Shown piece after piece: positions 11,863 through 22,960 of a stretch of DNA of 64,000 nucleotides. The stretch comes from an uncultured Acidobacteriota bacterium (GTDB lineage: Bacteria; Acidobacteriota; Thermoanaerobaculia; Gp7-AA8). Numbering within the stretch: the first letter of the stretch is position 1; the number at the start of each line of letters is the position of its first letter. The notes beneath the pieces were generated by a model. That model saw only the letters and a program-made list of their open reading frames with translations, was not told the origin of the DNA and did no database searches. The translations under genes and the position numbers were made by a program. The DNA lies in assembly GCA_963822445.1 (NCBI GenBank), contig CAWGHO010000002.1, positions 1,120,001 through 1,184,000 of the forward strand, in the 5' to 3' direction.

Positions 11863-14627
11863 ATGAGCGAGGAAAAATACGTCTACTACTTCGGCGACGG
11901 CCACGCCGAGGGCAACGCCAAGATGAAAGACGTCCTCGGCGGCAAAGGCGCAGGCCTGGCCGAGATGACCAACATCGGCGTTCCCGTCCCTCCCGGATTC
12001 ACGATCTCCACCGGCGTCTGTACGTACTTCTACGAGCACGACAAGACCTATCCCCCCGAGCTGAAGAACGCCGTCGCGGAGAACCTCGCAAGAGTCGAAG
12101 AATCGGTCGGCCGCAAGTTCGGCGATCCGCAGCAAGCCTCTCCTCGTTTCCGTGCGCTCCGGCGCCCGCGCCTCCATGCCCGGCATGATGGACACGATCC
12201 TCAACCTCGGCCTGAACGACGAGACCGTGAAAGGTCTCGCCGAATCATCGGGCGACGAGCGATTCGCGCTCGACTCCTACCGCCGCTTCATCCAGATGTA
12301 CTCCGGCGTCGTCCTGGAGATCGACCGCGACCACTTCGAGCACGAGCTGGTCGCGCTGCGCGAAAGCGTCGGCGTCGAAGAACGACGCTGAGATTCCCGC
12401 GGAGTCGCTGCGCGAGCTCGTGACGACGTACAAGAAGACTCGTGCACGACAAGCTCGGCAAAGACTTTCCGCAGGATGTGCACGAGCAGCTCTGGGGCGC
12501 GATCGGCGCCGTGTTCAACTCCTGGAACAACCAGCGCGCCATCACCTACCGCAAGCTCAATCAGATCCCCGACGACTGGGGCACCGCGGTCAACGTGCAG
12601 TCGATGGTCTTCGGCAACATGGGCGACGACTGCGCGACCGGCGTCGCGTTCACGCGCAATCCCTCGACCGGCGAGAAGAAGTTCTTCGGCGAGTACCTGC
12701 CGAACGCGCAGGGCGAAGACGTCGTGGCCGGCATTCGCACGCCGCTGCCGATCTCGAAAGCCCAAGTTGTCGACGCCGGCCAGGCGTCATCATCAGTGGC
12801 TGAGAAGTCGCTCGAAGAGACGCTCCCCGAGGTTTACGAGCAGCTCGTCGATGTCTACAAGAAGCTCGAAGGCCACTACCGCGACATGCAGGACATCGAG
12901 TTCACGATCCAGTCGCGGAAGCTGTATCTGCTGCAGACGCGTACCGGAAAGCGGACCGGATTCGCGGCGGTGAAGATCGCCTGCGACATGGTCGACGAAG
13001 ACCTGATCTCGCACACCGAAGCCGTCGAGCGCGTCGAGGCCGGCCAGATCACACAGATGCTCGCGCCGGTCTTCGACGTCGAAGAAAAAGGGAAGGCGCT
13101 GAAGGGCGGACGATTGCTCGGCCGCGGACTTCCGGCGGGACCGGGCGCGGCCACCGGCCAGATCGCGTTCAGCGCTGAGAACGCCGTGCGTATGGCCAAA
13201 GACGGCGCGGTGATCCTCGTGCGCATCGAGACGTCACCCGAAGACATCGCCGGCATGCACAGCGCCGCCGGCATCCTCACCACGCGTGGCGGACTCACCT
13301 CGCACGCGGCCGTCGTCGCGCGCGGCATGGGCCGTCCGTGCATCGTCGGCGCGGGCGCGTTGCGAGTCGATTACGGCAAAGGCGAGCTTCGCAGCGAAGG
13401 ACACGAGCCGCTCGAGGAAGGCGACTGGGTGTCGATCGACGGCACGACCGGCGAAGTCATCGGCGGCAAGCTCGCTACGCGGCCTTCCGAGGTCGTGCAG
13501 GTTCTGCTCGAGGGATCGATGAAGCCCGAGGATTCCGAGGTTTATCGGAACTTCGATCGTCTGCTGAAATGGGCGGACGAGATCCGCACCCTCGGCATCC
13601 GCACGAACGCCGACACGCCGACCGATGCGCGAGTCGCGCGTCTCTTCGGCGCGCAGGGCATCGGTCTCTGCCGCACCGAGCACATGTTCTTCGCTGAAGA
13701 GCGCATCCTGCGCGTCCGCGAGATGATCCTGGCCCGCAACGAAGCAGGCCGCCGCCGCGCGCTCGACGAAATCCTGCCGTTTCAGAAGAGCGATTTCGAA
13801 GGCATCTTCCGCGAGCTGGCCGGGCTTCCCGTGACCATCCGCCTGCTCGATCCGCCGCTGCACGAGTTCCTTCCCGCAGAGCGAAGGGCAGATCTCGGCG
13901 ATGGCCCGCGACATGGGCTGGGGCTTCGTCGAGCTGCGCGCCAAGGTGAACCAGCTCCACGAAACCAATCCCATGCTCGGCCACCGCGGCTGCCGCCTCG
14001 GCATCACCTATCCCGAGATCTACGAGATGCAGGTCCGCGCGATTTTTCAGGCCGCATGCGACGTGAAGAAGGATGGGCTCGACGTGCATCCCGAGGTGAT
14101 GATTCCGCTGGTGGGAACGGTGAAGGAGCTGCAGCTCACCACCGAAATGACTCATCGCGTCGCCAAAGAAACCATGGCCGAGACGCGACGTGCAGATCGA
14201 GTATCTGGTCGGCACGATGATCGAGATTCCGCGCGCCGCGCTGATTGCCGACCAGCTCGGCGGGACCGCGCAGTTCTTCTCCTTCGGCACGAATGACCTG
14301 ACCCAGATGACGTTCGGCTACTCACGCGACGACGCCGGCTCGTTCCTGCCGGAGTACGTCGAGAAGAAGATCCTGCCGAAGGATCCGTTCGAATCGATCG
14401 ATCAGGAAGGCGTCGGCCAGCTCGTGCGACTCGGAACGGAACGCGGCCGCGCGGCGAACGAGAATCTGAAGGTCGGCGTGTGCGGCGAGCATGGCGGCGA
14501 TCCGGACTCGATCCGCTTCTTCCGTTCGTGCGGCCTCAACTACGTGTCGTGCTCGCCGTACCGCGTGCCGGTCGCGAGACTCGCGGCTGCGCAGGCGGAG
14601 CTGGAACACAAGGCCTACGAAGGCTAA
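11863..14627 (+). CDS. ppdK: Pyruvate phosphate dikinase (several apparent frameshifts)
   Basis: [85 protein letters not shown]. Confidence 0.95.
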
Positions 14628-15199
14628 GTCGCTTCGCCTGCTTCTTCTTTCTTCTCCTTCCAGCGGTGATAGAGCCAGAAGGCGACCGCGACCACGATGA
14701 TCACGCCCAGCGCGTATTTTTCGATGTGCTCCACCCGTCCGAGCAGCGCTTCGATCGCGCGTCCGAAGTAGAAGCCGGCGAAGGTGATGGCCACCGCCCA
14801 CAACGCGCAGCTCAACGCCTCGTAGACCAGGAACTTCACCAGGCCGATCTTCGACATGCCGATGATCACCGCGCAGGTGATGCGCAGGCCGTAAATCCAC
14901 TGGGTGATGATGATCGCCGTCGCGCCGTAGCGCTCGAAGACGCGGATGCCTTTGCCGAAGTGACGCTTCATCCGGGGGAACCGGTCGAGCAGCTTCACGC
15001 CGTGCACCCGGCCGAGCCAGAACCAGAAGAGATGCCCCGCGTACGCGCCGGCGAACGCGACCACGGTCACGAGCGTCAGGCTGAGATAGCCGCGGGAGGC
15101 GAAGAACCCCGCGGCGATGAGGATGGCCTCGCCCTCCAGAAACGTGCCGACGAAAACGGCCAGATAGCCGAACTGTTCGAGCAACGCTTCCGCAGACAT
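14624..15199 (-). CDS. DedA-family membrane protein
   Basis: [31 protein letters not shown]. Confidence 0.88.
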   Translation of the reverse strand: MSAEALLEQFGYLAVFVGTFLEGEAILIAAGFFASRGYLSLTLVTVVAFAGAYAGHLFWFWLGRVHGVKLLDRFPRMKRHFGKGIRVFERYGATAIIITQWIYGLRITCAVIIGMSKIGLVKFLVYEALSCALWAVAITFAGFYFGRAIEALLGRVEHIEKYALGVIIVVAVAFWLYHRWKEKKEEAGEAT

Positions 15200-15282
15200 C
15201 AGGCTCTTCCCCGTGCAAGATTCGGGACGCGCGTGAAATGCAGCCATGCCAGACTGGCATTACACGAACGGGAGAACGACAC

Positions 15283-15828
15283 ATGAAACGCGCCCTGACG
15301 ATCCTGGCCCTGGCCGCCGTGCCCGTTTTTGCTGACGAGCCGGCGAAGAAAACCGCTGCCGCTACCCAGACCGCTTCTGCAACCGAAGCCGCGCGGCCGA
15401 AGACCATCTCCGCGGCTCCCGCTTCCAGCGAGGACTCCCCGCTCGTCGCCGCGGCGCGCCGCACGAATCGCGCGAAGAAATCCAACGTCAAGATCACCAA
15501 CGCCAACCTCGGCAAGTACGGCTCGGGCTCGGCGCGCATCACCACGTCCTCGAATCAGGAGCCGCTGGTAATGCCCGCTCCGCTCCCTCCTTCGACGCCT
15601 CCGGCCGAGGTCAAGATCGTCGCGGCGCGTGAAGAGGCCCGCAAGGCCGCGCAGATCGAGGCGCAGAGGAAGAGCAAAGAGGAAGCGGAGCGCAGGCTCA
15701 AAGCTGCCGCTGCCGCGGAGCGTGCCGAGGAAGGGATGTACGGCGAGACGGATGCGGACGTCGGCTACGGCGAGGGCGAGCAGCAACAGGCACCGCGCCC
15801 GAAAGAAGAGAAGCCGCCTCAAAGCTGA
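15283..15828 (+). CDS. Secreted hypothetical protein
   Basis: Signal peptide MKRALTILALAAVPVFA; GGAGA upstream; charged helical C-terminal half. Confidence 0.72.
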   Translation: MKRALTILALAAVPVFADEPAKKTAAATQTASATEAARPKTISAAPASSEDSPLVAAARRTNRAKKSNVKITNANLGKYGSGSARITTSSNQEPLVMPAPLPPSTPPAEVKIVAAREEARKAAQIEAQRKSKEEAERRLKAAAAAERAEEGMYGETDADVGYGEGEQQQAPRPKEEKPPQS

Positions 15829-15837
15829 CGTCCCTGC

Positions 15838-16482
15838 TCACCGCTCTCCGCGGTGGGCACCCTCGCGTGCTTCCAGGGTGCGCAGGACCTTCTCCAGCAG
15901 CACCCACATCCGCTCGAGATTCTGTTCGATGCGCTCGAGCCTTTGATCGAGATCGCCGCTCTCCATCTCCGCGACGATGTCCCAGAAAATCGGATCGCTG
16001 GGCGAGTTGCGCTGCGGCCTTTGTCTTGCCGACAAGGTGTCTTCGCCGAGAACCGGTTCCGGGTAGCAGCGCTCGATCATCGTCGAGATCGAGCTCTCGG
16101 GCGCGATCAACGGCGTGACGGTCATCGCCGCGGCCGTCTCCAGTTTCTCGAGCACGTCCACATCGGTCGGATCGACCATCGCCACTTCGAGGCGGTCGCC
16201 GTCCATCCGCACGGGGATGGCCTTGCAGTCGATCACGACCGAGCGGGGGAGCTTGCGCAGGATCTTCTTGGGGATGTCGACATGGAGAAGGCTGATGCAG
16301 GGGATGTCGATCTGCTTGGAAAGGAACGCGGCGAGCACGTTCTCGTCGATGAACTTGAGGTCGACCAGCGTCGAGCCGAACCGCTTGCCCGTCCGCCGCT
16401 GTTCGGAGAGCGCGACCTGCATCTGAACTTCGTCGATCAGGTTCGCCGCCGTCAGCATTTCACCGAGGTTCTGCCGGTGCAT
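15838..16482 (-). CDS. Stand-alone MshEN/GspE-N domain protein with C-terminal coiled coil
   Basis: LGEMLTAANLIDEVQMQVALSEQRRTGKRFGSTLV and LEVAMVDPTD; no ATPase motifs. Confidence 0.8.
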   Translation of the reverse strand: MHRQNLGEMLTAANLIDEVQMQVALSEQRRTGKRFGSTLVDLKFIDENVLAAFLSKQIDIPCISLLHVDIPKKILRKLPRSVVIDCKAIPVRMDGDRLEVAMVDPTDVDVLEKLETAAAMTVTPLIAPESSISTMIERCYPEPVLGEDTLSARQRPQRNSPSDPIFWDIVAEMESGDLDQRLERIEQNLERMWVLLEKVLRTLEAREGAHRGER

Positions 16483-16494
16483 CGGCGCATCGTA

Positions 16495-16606
16495 GCAGTA
16501 GGCGGTTCGGCCGCCTTGCGGCGGCCTCGCAGTAGGCGGTAGGCAGGAGAAAAACGTTCAGAAACGATCTCCTCCACTGCCAACTGCCCACTGCCTACTG
16601 CCTACT
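16495..16606. repeat. Heptamer tandem-repeat palindrome with internal GCCGC hairpin
   Basis: GCAGTAGGCGG...GCAGTAGGCGGTAGGCAG, spacer, CTGCCAA-CTGCCCA-CTGCCTA-CTGCCTA. Confidence 0.8.
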
Positions 16607-16754
16607 AAGCCGTCCGGTGGCGCTTGAGCGCCCGGTAACCGCCGATCAGTCCGATGACCATTCCGAGCTTGCCGAAGCCGAGCATGCGGGCCGCGCCGCG
16701 GGCGCATTTCTGACCGACTCGGAACACGAGAAGTTGTTTGATGAAGTTCCACAT
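16605..16754 (-). CDS. Small basic amphipathic protein, 49 aa
   Basis: MWNFIKQLLVFRVGQKCARGAARMLGFGKLGMVIGLIGGYRALKRHRTA; strong AGGAGG upstream. Confidence 0.7.
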   Translation of the reverse strand: MWNFIKQLLVFRVGQKCARGAARMLGFGKLGMVIGLIGGYRALKRHRTA

Positions 16755-16781
16755 AGCGCGGTTCCTCCTGCCTCCAAATAG

Positions 16782-16797
16782 TGCAAGGCGAAGGCCA
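16782..16797 (-). promoter_or_regulatory. sigma54-like promoter for the 49-aa ORF
   Basis: TGGCCTTCGCCTTGCA. Confidence 0.6.
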
Positions 16798-16810
16798 CTC
16801 AATCTACGGC

Positions 16811-18247
16811 TTAAACTGCTGATTTGACGTGGGTTAGCCGCTCATGTAGGGCGTGGGCGGCAACGTAGCCGTAGCCGCTCACGAAGAGGGCCAGGAAGGG
16901 CAGAGACACCCAATGCTCGCGTGCGGCGAATGTTGCCACCGCGGCGATGAAAAGCAGGGTGAGGGCGATCTCCAGCCACGGCATGCGCGGCCGCCCGTCG
17001 CTCACGCGCGACGCGTGGTCGCCCTGCTTCGGCGTGCGGCGGAAGTAGCCGCCGGTGTGCACGAGCCCTTCGAGCACGGCAGCGGCGTTGCGGATCGACA
17101 TCCCCACGCCGACGGGCAACACCGCCAGCAATTCGCGAAGCGGCGGCAAGGGTCGTCCCGCCCAGCGTTGTCCTTCGCGATAGAAGAGCAGCACCGAGCC
17201 TGTCGATGCGGCGAAGAGAAAGAAGTCGGCGGTGAAGCTCCAGCCGAGGTCGTGGCGGTAGCGGATCAGCATCGAGGGGATGGAGAGGAACGCGAGCAGG
17301 ACGCTCAACAGGTACGCCGTGTTGTTCGTGAGATGAAAAACCGCCTCGGCCTTCACGCCCCTGCGCAGATCGTTGCGAAGAATCGATGGCAGCAGCTTGC
17401 GCGCGGTCTGGATCGAGCCTTTCGTCCAGCGATGCTGTTGCTCCTGAAAGCCGCTCAGCGCCGCGGGCAGTTCCGCCGGGACTTCGACGTCGGGCAGAAA
17501 CACGAACTCCCAACCCGCCAACTGCGCGCGATAAGAAAGATCGAGATCCTCGGTGAGCGTCGATGACGACCAGCCGCCCGCTTCCTCGATCGCCGCGCGG
17601 CGCCAGACACCGGCCGTGCCGTTGAAGTTGAAGAAACGTCCGCCGAAATTGCGCGCCGCGGATTCCACGGCAAAGTGCGCGTCGAGAAAAAGCGCCTGCA
17701 CGCGGGTGAGCATCGACGCCTCGCGATTGATGTGCGTCCAGCGCGCCTGCACCATGCCCACGCGCTCGTCGGCAAAGTACGGAACCATCTTCAGCAGGAC
17801 GTCGGGGCGCGGAACGAAGTCGGCGTCGAACACCGCGAACAGCTCGCTGTCGCTGCGGCGCATCCCTTCCGCGAGCGCGCCGGCCTTGAATCCGTCGCGC
17901 GACCCGCGCTGCACGTGCTCGACGCGAATGCCACGCGCGCGCATCGACGCGACCTGCATCGCCACGATCTCACTGGTGTGATCGGTCGAGTCGTCGAGCA
18001 CCTGAATGGACAGCGGGCCGGGATATTCGATGGCCGCGACAGCCTCCAGCAGCCGCGCGGCGACGTTTGGCTCGTTGTAAAGCGGAAGCTGGATGGTGAG
18101 CGGCGGAAAGACCTGCGCGGTGATGCGCGGCGGCTCCGGCGTGCGCCGTCTCAATCTGACAAGATAGAAACGATGGACGCTGTAGACGGCCAGGGCGCTG
18201 AGGACGGCGTAGTACAGCGCAAGGAGGACCGCTTCGACGGCGTTCAT
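16811..18247 (-). CDS. GT2 cellulose-synthase-like processive glycosyltransferase
   Basis: QLPLYNE, LDDSTD, GFKAGAL, FDADF, TLTEDLD, QQHRW (D,D,D,QxxRW) plus C-terminal TM helices. Confidence 0.92.
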   Translation of the reverse strand: MNAVEAVLLALYYAVLSALAVYSVHRFYLVRLRRRTPEPPRITAQVFPPLTIQLPLYNEPNVAARLLEAVAAIEYPGPLSIQVLDDSTDHTSEIVAMQVASMRARGIRVEHVQRGSRDGFKAGALAEGMRRSDSELFAVFDADFVPRPDVLLKMVPYFADERVGMVQARWTHINREASMLTRVQALFLDAHFAVESAARNFGGRFFNFNGTAGVWRRAAIEEAGGWSSSTLTEDLDLSYRAQLAGWEFVFLPDVEVPAELPAALSGFQEQQHRWTKGSIQTARKLLPSILRNDLRRGVKAEAVFHLTNNTAYLLSVLLAFLSIPSMLIRYRHDLGWSFTADFFLFAASTGSVLLFYREGQRWAGRPLPPLRELLAVLPVGVGMSIRNAAAVLEGLVHTGGYFRRTPKQGDHASRVSDGRPRMPWLEIALTLLFIAAVATFAAREHWVSLPFLALFVSGYGYVAAHALHERLTHVKSAV

Positions 18248-19354
18248 GGAGCGGCGCTGATTCTACTCGGCGCTGCGGTCGCCCTCGCGCCGGCGATCAC
18301 GGAGCGGTTCGGATTTCGCGGATTCGTTGCGGTTTACGCGATTGCGGCGGTGGCCTGGCTGCCGCTGCGCAATCGATCGATCCGGCTCGCGTACGCGATT
18401 GCCATCGCCGTCGCCCTTCGCGCCTTTCTGCTGTTTCCCGAGCCGCGTCTGTCCGGCGATGTCTATCGCTACCTCTCCGACGGTCGCGCGCTCGCGAGCG
18501 GGACGAATCCCTACTCGTACTACCCGACCGATCCGCGCATCAACCATCCGGAGATCCGCTCGATCTATCCGCCACATGCGCAACTGCTGTTCGCCGCCGT
18601 GCACGAGCTGCACTGGTGGCGCGTTCTGATCATCGCGTTCGATGTCGTCGCGATCGTCCTGCTTCGTAAGCGTGGACTCGCGTACGCAACCTGCCCGCTG
18701 GTGCTCTTCGAAGGGACGTGGAGTGGACACATCGACGTGATTGCCGGCGTGTTGCTCTTGATCGCGCTCACGCGACGGAACGGCGTGGCCGCGGGGATCG
18801 CGGCCGGATTGAAGATCATCCCGCTCGCGGCGGTTCCGGCGATCTTCGGCCGACGCGTACCGTGGACGTTCTTCATCGCCCTGATCGTGCCGGTCTTGTT
18901 CTTTCTCGGCGGTCCGATCATGCCCGGCTTCCGCGATTACGCGACGCGCTGGATCTTCAACTCGCCGCTGTACGACGCCGTGTTCAGCATCGTGGAACTC
19001 ATTCCGACGAAGACCATCTGGACGCATCACCCGCTTCGCTTCGAAGTGATCTCCGACTTCGTCTACCGCCACGTCTACCCCGATTTCGTGACCCGCGCGA
19101 TCATGGCCACGATCGCCATCGCCGCGATTCTTCTCGCGCGGCGGGCCTCCAGCGCGATCGCGGCTCTGCTTCTCTGCTCGCCGGCCATCCATCCCTGGTA
19201 CTGGCTCGCGCTCGTTCCCGCGGCGCTCGTGGAGAGGACGCGGTGGCTGTTGGTCGCGCTGGCAGCACCGGCGTCGTACCTGCTGTACGACAAGGCCCCG
19301 CCAATCCTCATCTACATCCTCTGCTACGCTCTCGCGCTTCGTCCGAACCGATGA
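18246..19354 (+). CDS. GT-C membrane glycosyltransferase, GT87-like (start uncertain)
   Basis: LSGDVYRYLSDG...NPY, SIYPP, SGHID, IHPWY; multiple TMs. Confidence 0.75.
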
Positions 19355-21339
19355 AACGGATCATCCTCATTTTCCTGGCCGTCGCCGCGCTCTACACCGG
19401 CGCGGGATTCGTTCCTGGCCGCACCTTCGCGCCGCTCGATCTGCCGCTCGACGCCGGCGCGTGGAAAGCCGATCCGGCGCAGCGCGTGCGCGTCTCGAAC
19501 TCGCTCCTCTCCGACGTCATCACCCAGTTCATCCCCTGGGAGCGGCAGATGCGCCGCCTCCTCGGCCAGGGAGAATTTCCGTTCATCAACCCGTACGCCG
19601 GTGAGGGCGGGATGCTGTACGCCGATCCGGGCGCCGGCCTGTTCTCGCCGTTCACCTGGCTGCGGATTGCGTTCGATCTCGAGGGCTGGGCCATCGCGGC
19701 GTTTCTGAAGATTCTCATTGCGGCGATCTGCGCGTACTGGCTCGCGCGCGAGCTGGACATCACCCGCAACGAAGCGATTCTTTCCGCGCTCGTCTTCGCG
19801 ACGTGCGGCTACACGATCGCCTGGCTGCTCTGGCCGCACAGCAGCATCTTCGTGCTTCTGCCGGGCTTCGCCGCGGCCGCGATTCGCCTGATCAAACAGC
19901 CTCGCGCGCGGCACGCGGCGTTGGTCATCCTCTTCGCGGCGCTGTGCACCGGCGGCGGCCATCCGGAGACGCTGTTCGTCGGCATGGTCGGCATCTGGAT
20001 CTTTCTGATCTGGGAGTCGGAACGCCAGCCGGGTCTCAACCTGATGGCCCTGATTCCGTCGGTCGTCGGCGCACTGCTCGGCTTTCTGCTGCTCTTCGTG
20101 CAGCTCGTGCCGTTCTTCGTCGTGGTCAGCGAGTCGCACGCGGCGGTGAGCCGTCCCGGGATCGCGCACCCGTTCCGCATGTGGGCCGCGGCATCCCAGG
20201 TCCTTCCCGGAATCCTCGGCAGCCCGCTGCGCGGCGAGCTCGATCTCACCGTTTACGCGCACGGCGAGAGCTTCAATCACCGCGCTGGCGCGTTCATCGG
20301 CGCGATCGTGCTCCTGGCGATCATCGTCTCGTTTCGCTCGCTCACGCCGACTCTGCGCCGCGGCCTGATCATCGGCACGATCGCGCTCGTTCTCTCCTGG
20401 TATCCGCCCGGCGTCTGGTCGGTCTTCCGTCACGTGCCGGTCTTTCGCGTGCTCGCCCTCGAATATGGGGCGGTGCTCTTCGCGCTCTTCGGATCGCTCG
20501 CGGCGGGACCGGCCATCGCCATCCTCGCCTCGCGGCCGCGACGGAAGAGCGGCGCGATGCTCATCGTCGCCGGCCTGGTCATGATCGCCAGCGCCGCGAT
20601 TCCGCGAACAACGCTGACTCGCGCCGCTCGCAGCGGTATCGAAACGCTGAAATCGCGCGGCCATCTCCAGCAGCCCGCCGCGGTGTACGAGCAACGACTC
20701 GGCTACTACCTCGATGCCGGCCGCGCCACGGCCGTGCGTCGCGTCGCGCTTCCCGGCCTCTGCTTCGCTCTCGCCGGAATCGGCTTGCTTCGCGGCCGCA
20801 AGTCACTCGTCGCCGCGGCCGCGCTCGCGGAGCTCATCGCCTTCGGCTACGGCTACAACCCGGCGGTGAAGATGACCGACGTTCCGCCGGAGCCGCGCGC
20901 GATCGTGGAAGTGAAGCGCCTCGATCCTTCGAGCCAATACCTGGTCGCCGCGCCGGCCGAAACCTTCGCCGCAAACCTCGGCACGCTCTACCGCGTTCGC
21001 GACGTCATCGCCTACGACGCACTCAATCGGCGAGCACGCATCGAGCAGCTCGTCGCCGCCGGATACGACCCGCATCTTCATTCGTTCGGACCGTCGTTCA
21101 CGCCCGAGCAGACCCGCGTGCTGGCGACGCTTGGCGTGAGGTACGTGATCGACCGCACGGGCACGATTCAGGAGCTTCCCGACGCGACGCCGATCGCGCC
21201 ACCGCCGAACACGCCGCCGCGCGGAATCGTGGCAGGGGCGATCATTTCGATTCTCGCGGCGCTGGCGAGCGTCGGCTGGCTGCGGCTCTACCGGCTGCCG
21301 GCGGTCACGCAGCCTCCGCCTTCAACGCACGGGTCATGA
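19351..21339 (+). CDS. YfhO-like polytopic GT-C membrane protein
   Basis: LSDVITQFIPW, PFINPYAGEG, FSPF, GGHPET; more than ten TM segments; ATG overlaps the upstream stop. Confidence 0.72.
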   Translation: MKRIILIFLAVAALYTGAGFVPGRTFAPLDLPLDAGAWKADPAQRVRVSNSLLSDVITQFIPWERQMRRLLGQGEFPFINPYAGEGGMLYADPGAGLFSPFTWLRIAFDLEGWAIAAFLKILIAAICAYWLARELDITRNEAILSALVFATCGYTIAWLLWPHSSIFVLLPGFAAAAIRLIKQPRARHAALVILFAALCTGGGHPETLFVGMVGIWIFLIWESERQPGLNLMALIPSVVGALLGFLLLFVQLVPFFVVVSESHAAVSRPGIAHPFRMWAAASQVLPGILGSPLRGELDLTVYAHGESFNHRAGAFIGAIVLLAIIVSFRSLTPTLRRGLIIGTIALVLSWYPPGVWSVFRHVPVFRVLALEYGAVLFALFGSLAAGPAIAILASRPRRKSGAMLIVAGLVMIASAAIPRTTLTRAARSGIETLKSRGHLQQPAAVYEQRLGYYLDAGRATAVRRVALPGLCFALAGIGLLRGRKSLVAAAALAELIAFGYGYNPAVKMTDVPPEPRAIVEVKRLDPSSQYLVAAPAETFAANLGTLYRVRDVIAYDALNRRARIEQLVAAGYDPHLHSFGPSFTPEQTRVLATLGVRYVIDRTGTIQELPDATPIAPPPNTPPRGIVAGAIISILAALASVGWLRLYRLPAVTQPPPSTHGS

Positions 21340-22303
21340 GTTTCTGAATGGACCCGCGCACGCTCTCGTCTTCGTAGAGCACGCGATACATCTCCGAGGT
21401 GATGGGCATCTCGATCTGATGGTGATCGGCGAGCTGCTTCGCCGACTTCGAAGTCTTGATCCCCTCGGCCACGAACTTCGCGTCGCGCAGGATGTCCTCG
21501 AGCTTCTTCCCCTGGCCGAGGAGGACGCCGACGCTGCGATTGCGGGAGAGCGCGCCGGTACAGGTCAGAACCAGATCGCCCATGCCGGCGAGGCCGGCGA
21601 AGGTTTCCGGCCGTCCGCCGAGAGCGATGCCGAGCTTGGTGATCTCGTGCAGGCCTCGCGTGATCAGCGCCGCGTTCGTGTTCGCTCCGAGGCCGAGGCC
21701 TTCGAGGACTCCGGCGGCGATGGCCACGACGTTCTTCAGCGAGCCCGCGAGCTCGACGCCGATGACGTCGCTGGAGTGATACAGCCGGAACGTCGAAGAC
21801 GACATGGCCTGCTGCATCTGTTGCGCGAGCTCGAGATCCGTCGAGGCGATGACCGCCGCTGTGGGATCGGCGCGCGCGCATTCGAGAGCGAAGGTCGGGC
21901 CGGAGAGCACCGCGAAGGCGCGAAGGCGTTCGCCGAGGACGTGCGAGGAGATCTGCGACATCCGCTCGAGGGTCTCGTTCTCGATGCCTTTCGTTCCCGA
22001 GATCACGCTCACCGGATGTGTCAGGTGCGCGGCCAGGTTGCCCAGGACTTCGCGGTAGTGATGGCTGGGGACGACCATGAAGAGCGTGTCGCTGAACGTC
22101 GCTGCTTCGACGACGTCGTTCGTCGCGCGCACGTTGTCGCCGAGCTTCACGCCGGCGAGGTAGTTCGGATTCAGCCCCGTTTCGCGAATCCCCGCGGCCA
22201 CCTCGGGATCATGCGCCCACAGCAGAACGTCGTTGCCCGCGCGCGCCGCGGCCGCGGCCATGGCCGTGCCGAATGCGCCCGCGCCGATGATGGAGATCTT
22301 CAT
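21305..22303 (-). CDS. gpsA: NAD(P)H-dependent glycerol-3-phosphate dehydrogenase
   Basis: GAGAFGTA, SGPTFA, LKNVVAIAAG, GMGDLVLTC, SRNR. Confidence 0.95.
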   Translation of the reverse strand: MKISIIGAGAFGTAMAAAAARAGNDVLLWAHDPEVAAGIRETGLNPNYLAGVKLGDNVRATNDVVEAATFSDTLFMVVPSHHYREVLGNLAAHLTHPVSVISGTKGIENETLERMSQISSHVLGERLRAFAVLSGPTFALECARADPTAAVIASTDLELAQQMQQAMSSSTFRLYHSSDVIGVELAGSLKNVVAIAAGVLEGLGLGANTNAALITRGLHEITKLGIALGGRPETFAGLAGMGDLVLTCTGALSRNRSVGVLLGQGKKLEDILRDAKFVAEGIKTSKSAKQLADHHQIEMPITSEMYRVLYEDESVRGSIQKLMTRALKAEAA

Positions 22304-22953
22304 CGCTGGTCCTTCTTCTGTCCCATCCTGCGTTCCGTTCCACCGACGAGCCTGGCGATGTTCGAGTGATGCTTGGCGATGACGGCGATGGCAATGGCGA
22401 TGCTGGCCACGATGTGCCAGAACGGCGCGTCTGACACGAGAAAACGCATGAACAACGGGATCGACGCCGCGGTGACGATCGAGGCGAGGGAGACGAAGCG
22501 GGAGAGGATCACCACGATCGCGAACACGATCAGCGCGCCGGCGATGACGATCGGATTCATCGCCAGAAACACGCCGCCCGCCGTCGCCACACCTTTCCCG
22601 CCATGGAACCGCAGCCAGACCGGATACATGTGCGCGAGGACGGCGATCAATCCAGCCAGCGCAACCCAGAACTCCCGCGATTCCCACGGCGCGGTTCCGG
22701 CCGCGAACGGCCATCCCGGCTGCGCAACCATCCATCGCGCCATCGCCACCGCGGCATAGCCCTTGGCGATGTCGAGCAGCAACGCGATGATCCCCGGAAG
22801 CTTGCCCACCGTCCGCGCGACATTCGTCGCCCCGACATTCCGGCTGCCCTCTTCGCGCAAGTCCCGCCCCGCCACGAGACGAACCACGAGAAAGCTGAAG
22901 GGGATGGAGCCGACGAGATAAGCGCCGACGATCAGCGCGACCGGCCAGATCAT
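22300..22953 (-). CDS. plsY: Glycerol-3-phosphate acyltransferase PlsY
   Basis: YLVGSIPF, GSRNVGATN, FHGGKGVAT, HHSNIARL. Confidence 0.95.
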   Translation of the reverse strand: MIWPVALIVGAYLVGSIPFSFLVVRLVAGRDLREEGSRNVGATNVARTVGKLPGIIALLLDIAKGYAAVAMARWMVAQPGWPFAAGTAPWESREFWVALAGLIAVLAHMYPVWLRFHGGKGVATAGGVFLAMNPIVIAGALIVFAIVVILSRFVSLASIVTAASIPLFMRFLVSDAPFWHIVASIAIAIAVIAKHHSNIARLVGGTERRMGQKKDQR

Positions 22954-22960
22954 GCGGGGG

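Noticed and set aside
15246-15260. Palindrome ATGCCAG-A-CTGGCAT between dedA and the secreted protein gene
   Set aside because: Could be an operator, but there is one copy, no adjacent regulator and no sigma54 spacing; too weak to call.
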